NCBI GenBank assembly: GCA_018398765.1
Contig: JAHBMJ010000021.1
Location: 1 to 59,011, forward strand
Source of the DNA: Chromera velia
Taxonomy: Eukaryota
Reading direction: 5' to 3'
DNA: 59,011 nt
Positions 1 through 11,754 of this stretch are shown one piece after another. Position numbers and translations under genes: made by a program. The notes under the pieces were generated by a model. That model saw nothing but the letters and a program-made list of their open reading frames with translations, searched no databases and was not told the origin of the DNA. Position 1 is the stretch's first letter. Each line of letters begins with the position of its first letter.

Positions 1-319
1 CCTTCTCCTCCCTCACATTTACGATACGAGTGATTAGCCCCCCGCCCTCCCCTGGCAAGGGGAAAGACTCCTCCTCCTCTGCCTGCACCTCCTCCTCGGT
101 GCTGCAGAGGAAGTCAGGGCATCTGCCTCCTCTTAGGGCGCCTCCACATGCGGAACAGTTTTTTTTTCTTCTCTCCCAAAGCCCTCTCCGTAGTCCCTCC
201 CTCTCTCTGAGTCTTCTGGCAATCTTCTTGTCAGCATTTCTCCTGCATTTCTCAAGAATGTCTCGGGGGGAGGTCTCAGGAACACCGAGAGCCGCTCTAA
301 TCCCAGCTTCCCCAACCAT
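1..319 (-). CDS. Partial ORF running off the left edge, with a Cys-rich putative Zn-binding motif; function unknown, possibly retroelement-derived
   Basis: ATG at 319-317 and open to position 1: MVGEAGIRAALGVPETSPRDILEKCRR...KKNCSACGGALRGGRCPDFLCSTEEEVQAEEEE. Absent from the ORF track because there is no stop in the window. Confidence 0.35.
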   Translation of the reverse strand, partial: MVGEAGIRAALGVPETSPRDILEKCRRNADKKIARRLREREGLRRGLWERRKKNCSACGGALRGGRCPDFLCSTEEEVQAEEEESFPLPGEGGGLITRIVNVREEK

Positions 320-2905
320 GGGAGAGCTGTAGTGAAGGCATGAGGGGGGGGCAGGAGAAGCAGAGCGTGGGGACGATGGTGAAGCAGCGAGCAAAGGCTC
401 CTCCCATGGGGAGATGACCTGGGCCTCCCGACACTCAGGCTCAACTGTATCTTACACGTGTGTTGCTGGGGTGGGAGGGGGAAGAGGAGGCAAAGGGAGA
501 GAGGGAAGAGATGATGAGGAAATAGGAGAAGTAATATAGGAGCTAGAATCACTTTAACCTCTTCAGACAGCTGAGGAATCTTCACCATACCGACATGTAT
601 TATCAGTTTTCGGCACGCAAAAGAGAGGCTTACGGAGCTGTTGTAAGGCATACGAGCGATGTACAGCAATCGATTGAAGAGATGTGTATTAATGCAAATG
701 CATGCATGCAAAATACATGCATGCAACGTGTATACTGAGATCAGCGCGCATGCATGGATAGATAACGCACGCACGCATGTAAGGAGGCATCGATCGCGTC
801 ATTCACCGCCTGAAACATCAAACAACTTCTGTTCTAGCCTACCAATCTACACCCCGTCGGTCTGCCACTGTCATTTATCTATCGCTGTTGGCTTGATTGC
901 ATGAACGATCAAACAGGTCAAGATCTGCTAAGAAGGAAAAGAGTTCTTTCAATAGTAAGGGCATGCAAGCGCATACAAGGGCCCATTTGCAGAAGTCACA
1001 AAAGAAATCATGAAGACGAAAGGAAACGAGTTAAACAAGCACGAAGGAAAGAAGGAAGGTCTAGAGGAAGGTTCTGGAAGAAAGGAAAGAAGGAATCTAA
1101 CGAACGAAAAAGGAGAGAACCTCAGGGAGTCTGATCCTGAAGCAAGGCTTCTTAACATCAAAACCGGAGGAGAAGAAGAAAAAGAAGGGAGGGGTGGGGA
1201 AGGGAAAGACGGATCAAGAGGAGAAAAAAGAGGAGAGGAAGAAGAAGAGGGAAAAAAAGCCCGACCCACACCCCCACCCTCCCGAACACCCCCAATGCAC
1301 CCCTCCTCTGTTTGAACGCGAACAGCAGGGACATTCATCGATTCACAAATAGGAAGAGGAGAGGAAGATGAAGAATGAGAAGAAGAAGAAAACAGAGGGG
1401 GAAGAGAATCACGGCCATACAGTCCCAAGTGATTTCGATGCGTCAATTAACCAGTGCGACTTGAGTAGTGGCCATGCGACAAGCTGCTGCTTGCATGTTT
1501 GTATGTCTCGTTTGCATTCATTCTGTCTATCCTTAATCTTGCGCATTCAAACTCCAGATGCGTCAATGGATCGTTGGTTCGTCTTTTTGGTTGGTGCCAT
1601 GCAGGACTGCGGTGCAATCCGTCTGCGTGATTCTGTCTGCCTATGTGTGACTGTTTGTCTGAGAGGGTGCGTGGGTGTCAGTGGGTGCTCTTGCACAGAA
1701 AATCTGTTTTCACTGTGATCGTTCCGTTTTCTGTTCCCTTCTTTCATTTCGAGTTGCTGTCTTCAAAGCGAACGCGTGTACGACAAAAATTGTTTCGTGT
1801 AATTAGAGTAACGATGACTGTTACAATGAGTAACGTTGAAGTTCGACGAATATGCTTTCAATATAGCAAAAGCTAGATAAAATGTTAATATACCTACACA
1901 TATACAAATGATACAAAAAATAATAAAAAAATAAATTTATTAAAGAAAAAACTCTATGTAAAAACACATGTGTCATACATGTAGTGGTAGTCGTGTGTAG
2001 TATGATTGATTGATTGATTGATTGTATAGTTGTTCTCATTTTCCGTGGCTTTCCTTGAACTTTCGATCATGAACGGCAACATGTGTCCTCATCATTAAAT
2101 CTATAACAATCAGCCTTGCATGTTGTGACCTACCACACGTTAAGCACTTATTTTGGGCCAATGGCGATGGCGCAGTAGGCGATGCACAGTAATAAAAAAA
2201 AAACTTATCTTTAGATTATAGTCACAGTACATTACCATTTTTAATGGTTTTTTTTTTTCCTGATTCAAAACTGTTATGAGTCAACTTAAGTCAACTTCTG
2301 ATCGACTAGTTGTGATGCATGAATCGTAAGTAAATCATAAATTTTTTGCTTGTTTGTACTTATGTGAGCTGCAGTCATAAAAATAAAAAAAAACAAAAAA
2401 TTAAAAATCAACTTTTCCAGTTTTGTTTTACTACTGTGCGTCGCCTAAAGGGGCCTAAGAGGGCGCTGGAGAGGACGTATACTGCTGATGATAGTGATCA
2501 TGATCATGATAATAATAATAATAATAAGTATGTGTACTTATGATTTTGTGGATGTTCTAATTCGATCTATATATGCATCAACATGAACTGCCCCTCGCCA
2601 TTCGGACATGATCTGACACGATCACTGCCGGTTCAGTCGACCTCATCATCATTATCATCATACCTGTATGCATGCAGTCCCGATCGATATTTTGATTGAT
2701 CATCAACGATAAGTTTATGGAGCACAAACTAGCATAAACCTTAGTTACACCCAGCTATAACATTGCAATTATTAACATTACTAAACTGTCCTCTGAGAAT
2801 GAAACCACTGGCATGTTTATTGTTCTAAACTAACCTATAAGACTCTTACAAGTGCACTGCCTCAGTGCAGTCTAGGCGTAACATGAGGAAGAAATTTAAA
2901 GAAAG

Positions 2906-3713
2906 TGATGATGATGATGATGAGGTGACTTAACCTGCCAGCCATCATGTCCCAATGGCAAAGGGCAGTCTGTAAGCATTCATGTCATATTGCAAGCTAG
3001 GAGCACGCTAGCGATTGCTCACCTAAAGCGGCCAAACTTTAGGACTATTAGCTAGTAAAACACTGTGCCCCAGGATCGATCAGTCTGGTCCTAGGCATGC
3101 AGCAGTAAGGGCACTAGCCCTTCGGGCGTCCCTCTGAAGAAGAAGCGAGAAGTACCACTTTACATACTCCTCGGCCTAACCCATCCCCCTACCCCCTCAG
3201 GCTTCCTATCTCTCTCCATACTCATACACTTCTTCTATCGACATACGCTCCAAATTAGCCTCTAATCGCCTATACCAAAGATCACTCAATTTCCCTTGCG
3301 GCATCTCCATTCGGACACAAGTTGTCAGACGGTGAATCGGGTCGTCAATCAATTTCTCCCCACTTTTCTCTTTACAGTCTTTGCAAATTGATTTAACCCC
3401 CCCCTAATGGTTTGCCCCCGCTCCAACAATGGTGCACAACAAAGGATAGAAAACTGCCTTGGGGGAAGACAAGAACTGCTTGGTGAGAGGTTCCACCGAG
3501 AAAGACCTAGAGCCCCCCCTCCCCTCTGCCAAGCTTCCCAAGACCAGTTTTGCCAAGCGTTGGCTGCTACGATTTTTCTTCTGATAGTCAGTCAAGCAAG
3601 CAATAGTCAGTCAAGCAAGCAGACGGAGGAAAAGACATGCTCCCATACATTTCTTGTCTCCCCTGCCTTAATCCCCCCTCTTCTTTCAGTGATAGAGACT
3701 GGGTTTGCCCAGT
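2906..3713 (-). mobile_element. 3' part of a degenerate non-LTR retrotransposon (LINE ORF2 C-terminus, 3'UTR, probable (TCA)n tail)
   Basis: CCHC knuckle CKDC-x13-H-x4-C at 3385-3317. The frame DWANPVSITERRGG continues the ORF broken at 5979. A (TGA)n run lies at ~2906-2922 on +. Confidence 0.75.
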
Positions 3714-3984
3714 CAGCGTTGCCAAAAAACATCGTACTATGTTGTATTACAGCGTTTCGTACTGTACTTGGTGTTTCACGAAAAAACACTGTACTGTATT
3801 ACACTCTATTAAATAAAAAAATATTTTTTTATAGCATTTTAAGGCATTACTAGGCTTATTTTAACATCTAAAACTAATTTTAACTACTTTTAATACTTAA
3901 TTAAATACTTAGCAATGTATAATGTGACATGCACAATATTTTTTACTGCTTGTCCCCCTAAGTTTGTCATGCTAGAAGTTCCGC

Positions 3985-4433
3985 ATGCCGGGGGCGAGTG
4001 GAGTGCTTTTTGCCCCCCCCTCTGCATAGGAGACCGGCGCTTTTCCGCAAAAAACTCGTTCTCATAATTAGTAAGGAGTTAGAAGCTGAAACTTTGTCTA
4101 AAAAGACGTTGTAACGATGAAAAAAGAACTATAGAACAGATTTTTTATATCATTTCTAGAAATATAGGCTGCCATACAAATTTTATAAGTTTTATACCGT
4201 TTTTCTTACTATTAAAAACCGTTAAAAAATGGCCTAAAAATCAAAAAAATTGTATAACAGCCTATGTTTCTAGAAATAATATAAAAAATCTGTTCCATAG
4301 TTCTTTTTTTATCATTACAACGTCTTTTTACACAAAGTGTCAGTTTCTAACTCCTTACCAATTATGAGAATGAGTTTTTTGCGGAAATGCGCCGCTTTAG
4401 GGGGGCAAAAAACACCCCACTCGCCCCCGGCAT
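3985..4433. mobile_element. Foldback/MITE-like element with ~190-bp inverted arms, nested in the hAT element
   Basis: ATGCCGGGGGCGAGTGG...CCACTCGCCCCCGGCAT; arms 3985-~4180 and ~4250-4433 align as reverse complements. Confidence 0.85.
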
Positions 4434-4620
4434 ATGTCAATAGTAGTAGAACCTATGTGGAGTTAGAATGCAGCACACAGGATATCAAAGCAAAACAAAC
4501 AAACCCCCGGGCCTCCCCCTTCAACATCTCCATCCTCTCGCTCTACTCCAGAGGCTCAACCACCTCCAGACCAAACGAAGCCAGTTGCTCCTCGATGTTG
4601 ACTGCAGAGGACTCAGCAGA

Positions 4621-4820
4621 CTAGCTAGCAGAGACTTCCTCGACCACTGCCCCGTCCTCATATATCGGCAAACCCTCCCCCTCTCCTCTCCACACCCCCC
4701 CCTCCTTTCTGTGAGTGCGCACTAGCTTCATATTAGTGAAGACGCTCACAAGAGCGTCTTGGTGGTCTTGGGTCAGTCGATTTTGTCTCTTGCTGTACAC
4801 GAACTCATAGGCTGACCATG
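4621..4820 (-). pseudogene. hAT transposase C-terminal dimerisation-domain fragment
   Basis: WSAYEFVYSKRQNRLTQDHQDALVSVFTNMKL matches the hAT C-terminal pattern (ERNWS..F.hSK.RNRL.....LV.V..N..L). Confidence 0.8.
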
Positions 4821-4944
4821 AAAATGAAGGAAATGACGGGCGCATCAAAAATTGAAAATGCGTGCTTCTTGGTTCTGGCGGTCAGCTGATCTCTCAGTCT
4901 GAAACACCACAAAATTCATTAAATAGGAGTGTCCAGACATACCT

Positions 4945-5652
4945 TTATGCTCAATGGCAAAATGAACGACACAGTCCACGACATTGCGCGGGTGGTACTT
5001 TTTGGAGTACGCTCTGCTCGAACTCGTTTTGCGTCCGTCGTCCTCGATAGGGGACTGGAGTTCGCGGGCCTCTCCGAAGCACCCAGAGGTCGACCTTTAG
5101 TTAGGGTCCCTCTTGCCTTCCCTCGCCCTGTTTTGGAGGCAGTCGGCCCCCATTGGTGGACATACCGGCACGAGGGCAGAGAAGATTCCATGGATGCCTT
5201 CGTCCACTGGGAGGGGTCCGAGGGGGCAAGGTCCTGGGTAAGGACGGCAGAAGGAACTTGAATGGAGAGGGGGCAGTTCGATGCCCTTGCAAACATGGGC
5301 GTCATCACGAACGGCAACTCCTGGAGGGTGCCGGGCTTGGGATGTTGTTTGTCCGTATGGGTGCCCTCCCTCTCCGCTCGTGCACCGGAGGGGTTCAACG
5401 TGAAGACATTCCTGGAGGCGATGAAGAGGCCTCTTGAGTGTCCCGTCTCCTTTATTGTGGAGATGGCTTCGGGTGTGTGTCTGTTGGCTTTAGGAGACGG
5501 CAAGATATGTGCCGTTTGTGGCAGGGTGTCGGCGCACATCCAGAAATGCTCCGGGTATTATTATATCCGATATTGCTCTCGTCGCTGTCAGAAGAAGGAC
5601 TAGAGGCGATACCATCGGAGTGTCTGTCCCACCCTCCGGGCCACTCTGGCTG
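4945..5652 (+). pseudogene. MYND-type zinc-finger protein gene, intronless, with two in-frame stops
   Basis: ORFs 4929-5261 and 5262-5603 are in one frame. The C-terminus CAVC...KCSG(Y)YYIRYCSRRCQKKD*RRYHRSVC is a MYND finger with TAG at the conserved Trp. Confidence 0.8.
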
Positions 5653-5978
5653 ACTGACTGACTGAGGACTGACTGATCAATTGATTGACTGATTGATTGA
5701 TTAATTGATTGATTGATTGATTGATTGAAGAACCAAAGGGCCCTCCATGACCGTCGCATACGCTCTCTAGCCGTCTCTGCATGATGTTATGTAAACAATT
5801 TTGTAAATGTTCTTTTGTATAAATCATCACCCTAAACTTTATAGATTTTTCTCATCCTAAACTTTATAGATTTTCCTAGGATGGCTTTATAGAGAGCCAC
5901 TGTACGGACCATAACCGTAATTGTACTGTACTTTAGCTAAAATTTCAAAAAACACCGTACTGTACTTTGGTAACCTTA

Positions 5979-8900
5979 TGCCCAGTCCCCTAACCATTCG
6001 TTCACTTCCTTGCTCCTCGCTCCCTTTCTCAACTTGCTATCTAATGTTCTGAAATCGACCTCATCTGGTTTGCCTTCTAGAAGGGCAGGACTGATGGGTT
6101 GCACAAGTTTCTTTGCAGACCCCGACCATGCCCTTAGCCCCCCCCTCCTGTGGTATACCCACAATTTTGGGCCACAAAGCTTAAGGCAAAGCCAATCGAG
6201 CAAGGAAAAGACTTTTCAAATACCCCTCCACTCTGATACTGAGAATCTCTCTCATGAGCCTCAGCCCAACGGCTGCAAGGGTGGGAAACACAAAAGAATT
6301 CGAGGGCAGGCGGAGAGACCAACGCATAAAACGAAGCTGGAGGGAGTCTAAGCATCGGATGTCAGATTCTTGAATAGGGAGGGCTTCAAGGGAATAAGCG
6401 GCGGTGGGCTTCCACGTCCCCTTGAAGAGGAGCATACGACTGTGAGGGGAAAACATGCCTATCTAGATACCTATTTAATTTGATGCATACAGACCCATTG
6501 CCCCCCCTACTCCCCTTTCCGTAGCTTCAAGTCTGGCGGTCACAGACTTACGAGGGTTCGCATCAGAAAAAACTTGACAGCCCAAGTATCTGTAACTCTC
6601 CTAGTAACTCTCTACCCACTCAACCGTCTGACTCTTGAAACGAATCTCTTTAACCCCCCCTTTACCTACCAATCTCATCACCTTTGTCTTTTTTAAATTC
6701 ACCGTGAGCCCCCACTTGTCACAGTAAGCAGCCAACCGATCAATCCTCTTCTGGAGGTCCTGACGGGAGTGTCCGAAAATGATGAGGTCATCGGCATATC
6801 CAATGCTCTCAAGCAGAAGAGCTCCCAACCTCACTTCTCCTGGGGGTGTGTCTGGGGGGGAGGAGGAGGTTAAGGCTCAGGGCTGAGCCTCTAATTGACT
6901 TCTCCCTTCGTTCACCGCTCGCTTCCTTGGGAAGGTTTGCTCGTTCTTTTTGCCGGTGCTCTCTACATTGAAGGCTAATGAGGTATGAATGTTATTGATA
7001 AAAAGAAGAAAGAGAAGAGGAGAGAGTGGGTCCCCTTGCATGCTTCACCCCTGTTCCTTTTTCAAACATACTGTCCGAGCCCTCAATCTTCCCCATCACT
7101 TTCACATACATAGTATGAATCATTCGAATGTCCTCCTCCCCCAGCCCTTCTTCCTTGAACCTCTTTATTAGTCTCTTCCTGTCTACTTTGTCAAACGCCT
7201 TACTAAAGTCCTCAAAGGATGCAAACAACGGTCTCTTTTTATTTTTTGCAGTTTCGGATAGAGTAAACAGAGCATGAATCGCCTCTCTAGTTCCGACTCC
7301 AGAGGCCTTTCCTGAAGCCTATATATCTGTCTGTTATCGATCCTCGTTCTCAAACAAAGACGGAAATCCATAAGCAAGGCAAAGAGCTTGGCAAGAAGGC
7401 TTGCTATATGACATTGTATGGGCCTCCATTCATCTACCAATGGAGATACAGGGCCTTTAGGGACGGGAACGATGCGAAGGAAATTCCATGTGGGCGGCCA
7501 GTAAAAGAAGAGGTGAAAAAGATTAAAAAAGATAAAAAGAAGGAAACGCAAGAGACGTGATGAGCCAAAACAGATCGAGAGCAGCATGCTTAAGAGAGAG
7601 ACCTTCAAGTCCGGCTACTTTATTAGGGTTAAACTTTACTTCTTTAATGACTTTCTCATACAGGGAGAGAGAGAAGAAAGGGGACCGAGGAGAGAGAGGG
7701 GGGATGGAGGGGAGGGAAAAGCCGGAAAGACCTTCTCTTTCAAACATAGACACCCAGAAGTTCAAGAAAGTATCTGTGGAAGGCCTGCTCCCTATTCTAT
7801 CCCCTCCCTTCTGTTGTGCCCTCTTCCATTTCCATACTGCTGAGGGATCTCTGGCCGCCTCCAGGGCAACGCACTCTGCCTGCACACGCGTGTATGCCGC
7901 CTTCTTTCTTACAATCAACCTTCCTCTCTCTCTTACCAGCTTTCTATTTCTTTCTATACTCTCTGGACCTGCCGTTGCCTCTCCTGCCTACTCTTTGTGT
8001 TCTTAGTTCTTTCTCTGCTCTCCTTACCCGTTTATTCATTTCTTTAGACTCACTGTCCCACCAGAGGGCAGCTGTCTGTCCATCTTTCCGTTTACCATGT
8101 TACTTCTTGCCCCTCTGCTCCCTCCCCCCCGGTTTTGCTAGCTTCTCTTCCTATTTACCTGCTAGGTCTTTTATCCTTTCAAGCAGGGAAACAGGGATAG
8201 GCGCAGGGGGGATTGCCCGGATTAGGTCATGGGGGGGGGAAGGGGGGGGGGGAATGGGTAAAAGAGGCAATCCATTGTGTTTAACCTCAGCTGCCATCAG
8301 ACCTGCCTCCCACAAATCCGGCCAACAAGCCTCCGCAAGCTGCTGCACGGAAGTTGCCATATCTGAAAGCTCCTCATCCCTTACCGGTAAGACTCTGCAC
8401 GGCTTCTTGAAAAGGGGGGCAGGGATCAGAGAGGGATGCTAGGAGGCCCCCCCCTGGGATATAGAAGGGAAATGGGGAGAGAAAGCGACTCCACATTAAC
8501 CAAGATGAGACCACACGAAACTGAGTAATATTCTGGGGCAGTATCAGCAAACATTTCAATTATGAAAGAATTCCAAGAAGACAAAAGTACACTGTCAGGG
8601 TCAATTAGAATGAAGTCAATTACAGAGCATGGCCTGCCTTCTCTGTAATATGTGTACCCCCCTGAACAGTCGATTTCAAGTTTTCTTTCTTGATCCTTTA
8701 GTTTTATACCGTTGAGTGGTACCAAGTTCGAGGGCCGGAATCGAGGCCTTGCACAACCGCAGCAGAGTGCAACCTTCTGTGTCTACTTATGCTTCGCAAT
8801 CCCACTCCTTAGCTACCCCCTGAACAAGCCTACATTCTTCTTCTGCCCCCCCCCTTCCCATGTCCTCTCTGGGCCCTGTCTCTTCCGAGGTTATCTCCCT

Positions 8901-10010
8901 CTCCACGTGACTCCCTTTGAGAATTCTGTTCCGAATCGGATGTGTAAATTAAAACCCTCTAGGACCAGTCGCTTGGCCAATAGAGAGACATCACACACCG
9001 CGTCTAACAGAAATTTCCTTTCCTGTTTTTTTGAGACCCCGTCCCTCAAAACCATACCAGCGCCTCTCTGTAGAAAGTATACACCAAAAATAAAAAGAGA
9101 ACCCCCACCCCCCACCTTCCATGTCTTCCCCCCTTCTAAGTGTTTCTAAGACTTGCATACACCCTTGTACGTGCAGTCTAACAATGTTCGGCCCACACAG
9201 CTCCCATTGAGGTTTCAGGTGGGCTTGCAGACTTTTTCTAACTAGAATGCAGACCCTACCTGTATTTTGTTCCTTGTCCTGTGCCTTTCTATACACCCCC
9301 TACTTCCTTCTATGCACTCCCTATGCAAATAATTCCAGCCAGAATGTTCTCCTGCAGTTACTTTCACAGAGGGAAACCGCGTCTCTGTGAGTACAACGAT
9401 GTCCACCCCCCGCAGCCATCTATCAAGAGACCTATTAGAAATTTTGAATCTTAGGCTGCCTACATTTAACGTCGCGACGACCAGTTGTCTCTCTGTTTGT
9501 CCGACTAACTCGAAAGGTACAGACGGGGAGGAAAGGGAAGGAGGAGGTGTTTCGAATACTTAAGGAGGAACTGAAGAGGTTGTGGACGGATAAGAGAGAA
9601 AAGAGCAAGAATAACTAGGAAGAGAAGAAGAAGAAGAAGAAAAAGAGGGTGAAGAAGGTAAAGAAGGATAAGAAAAGAGAGAGTCGGAAGTGTACTTTGA
9701 GGTAGAAATGTGAAATAAGGAATCGGAGGAAGAAGCCGAGAGAGGGGGTATCTCTGGAGAGGTAGGGGATTGGCCTGCTCGTTTCTTTTCCCAAAAATTC
9801 TCTATCAATTCTCTAGGTACCTCCCCTGTGGGAACCTAATGAAGCCTGCCCCACCCCTTTTTTCTAACTCTGTATTGTCTATCTAACCCACTCCGACCCC
9901 CTACTCCTTATATCTACCACCTTCCTTATCCTTACTTATCCCTCTATTATCTGCGTCTGGTGCCTCCCTCTAGGCCTCCCTAGAGTCCCTACCCTCTCCT
10001 CTCCTTCTAT
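5979..10010 (-). mobile_element. Degenerate LINE body: APE endonuclease plus reverse transcriptase (ORF2 ~9500-5979, frameshifted), with a possible ORF1 remnant upstream
   Basis: APE motifs LVVATLNVGSL, VDIVVLTET, GRVCILVRK, YTYY...SVIDFILI. RT motifs WRPI, DFSKAFDKV, GVK..G.PLSP (frameshifted), YADD, WGLTVNLKKTKVM. Confidence 0.92.
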
Positions 10011-10349
10011 TCGAAAATTTGGTGATCAGCTTGAGAACGGAGCCCCTAAGTATTCAAAGTTTGTGTACGTCACAATCCAGGATACTACTGATGATAGGGC
10101 TGAAACCTCCCTGAACCTAAGTGTCACTTCAAAAAATATAATTAAGATGATCTCTACCTGCGGCATCGTTTTTCAAGAGACCGTCTACGCTTGCGGTATA
10201 CATGGTCAAGACACCGACCAGATATGCGGCTTTGGCTTTCAAGACACCATAAATGGTCCACGCCGCAGGGCGGCGCAGACGCGGACTTTCAAGCTTATCT
10301 ATACTTATCCAAAAATATGGCTTGAACTTTCAAGTACTTTTAAGTAGTA

Positions 10350-11754
10350 CACGGTTGCCCCGCTTTTACTGACATTCTCCTAGGATGAATGCCCAGAACA
10401 TCCCTCGATTTCTGACGCATATGCCCGCACAAACGTACAACAAATTGGGCTTATGCCTGGGAGGTCCTAGGGATTTTTTTTTATTTTTTAATAAATGCCT
10501 AGGATTTTCCCTAGGAGTTTCTAGGCATATTTTTAGGGATAGACCAGGTAATAGTTAAAGATTTACCAGGCATAGTGACTGTTACTACAACGTTCAAAAA
10601 GATGATAATGATAGAGTCTCTAGGTATGGTTACTGTTACTTTCAGATATGTTTTACCTAAGAAGTTTTTTATATCGGTTCTGAAGGAGAAAACTGACACA
10701 AGATGCAAGCAAAGAAACAAACAAAGATAAAAGAGACTAAAAGAAGCAAGCAAAAAGACAAAAAGCAAGAAGGACGTTCGAAGTGCAGTAATTGAACCGA
10801 TCACGTCCGTGAATCGAAATTGACAGCCAGTCAGGGCTGCTGAACTAGCTGCCGCGCTACCTGCGAACAAGTATGAAAGGCATCAGAACGGTCATCCTAC
10901 CTCATTTTTTTAAAGACTTTTGATTCAGAATTGCTTTCTGTCAGCCTCTCTCCTTCTTTCTCCCTCTCTCTCTTCCTTCTGTTTGGCAACGACGCTCTGT
11001 CCTTCTCACTTTCATAAAAGATGCGACTCTTCAAGCCTTTGTTTGTTTATCTGTCTGTCTAGAGAAGAAGGACAAAACAAGTGGAAGAAAGAAACATGGA
11101 GATGAGCTGTCTTTCTATACAGCAAACAAAGAAACAAAGGGCAATTTTTTTTGAAAGAAAGACGGTGTAAGTGCAGTAATTGCATTGATCACATTCATTC
11201 ATTCATTCATTCATTCATTCATTCATTCATTCATTCATAAATCGAAATCGACAGCCAGACAGAGCTGTGCAACTAGCTGCCGCGCTCTTATTTTGAATAG
11301 ATGGAATAAAAGAAGTCAGTTTTTGGTACTAAACCCAGACTTCTCTGAGGAAGAGAAGTCTTTGTTTACCTCCGCTCTGTACATGGAAGAAGAAAGAGAA
11401 ATAGATCAAGAAGAAGGTGGAGAAGGAGTAGATGAAGACCTTAAAGTATAAAAATTTCATGCCTTTATGTCACATTTTATTACATTATTGCATTTCATCA
11501 GTTTTAAATCAGCTATAAGCATGTTTATCATTCCCAGGAAAATTTTTTATTTTGGTTTTTAATGCCTAAGAATTTTTTAGGAACTGCCTAGACGTGTCTT
11601 CCGTACACTCCCTAGGATTTTTTTCTAAGTGCCCAGACCTATCCTAGGTACTATGCCTGATCAATCCCCCGACTCTCATGGTACATGCCCGGACATACCG
11701 CGGACAATCCGGGCATTTCACCAGGAGAATGTCAGCAAAACTGGGCCAACCGTG
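10350..11754. mobile_element. Non-autonomous TIR element with CACGG termini and TA flanks (CMC/EnSpm-like termini)
   Basis: TA|CACGGTTGCCCCGCTTTTACTGACATTCTCCT ... AGGAGAATGTCAGCAAAACTGGGCCAACCGTG|TA. Subterminal regions are rich in CCTAG/CTAGG. An internal segment is duplicated (~10781-10860 vs ~11168-11290). Confidence 0.8.

Larger units (their letters stand above)
3714..5978 (-). mobile_element. Non-autonomous hAT-superfamily DNA transposon with cargo
   Basis: Exact 8-bp TSD TGCCCAGT at 3706-3713 and 5979-5986. Imperfect TIRs CAGCGTTGCCAAA / TAAGGTTACCAAA (rc). Subterminal GTACTGTA repeats at both ends and a transposase C-terminal remnant inside. Confidence 0.85.
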
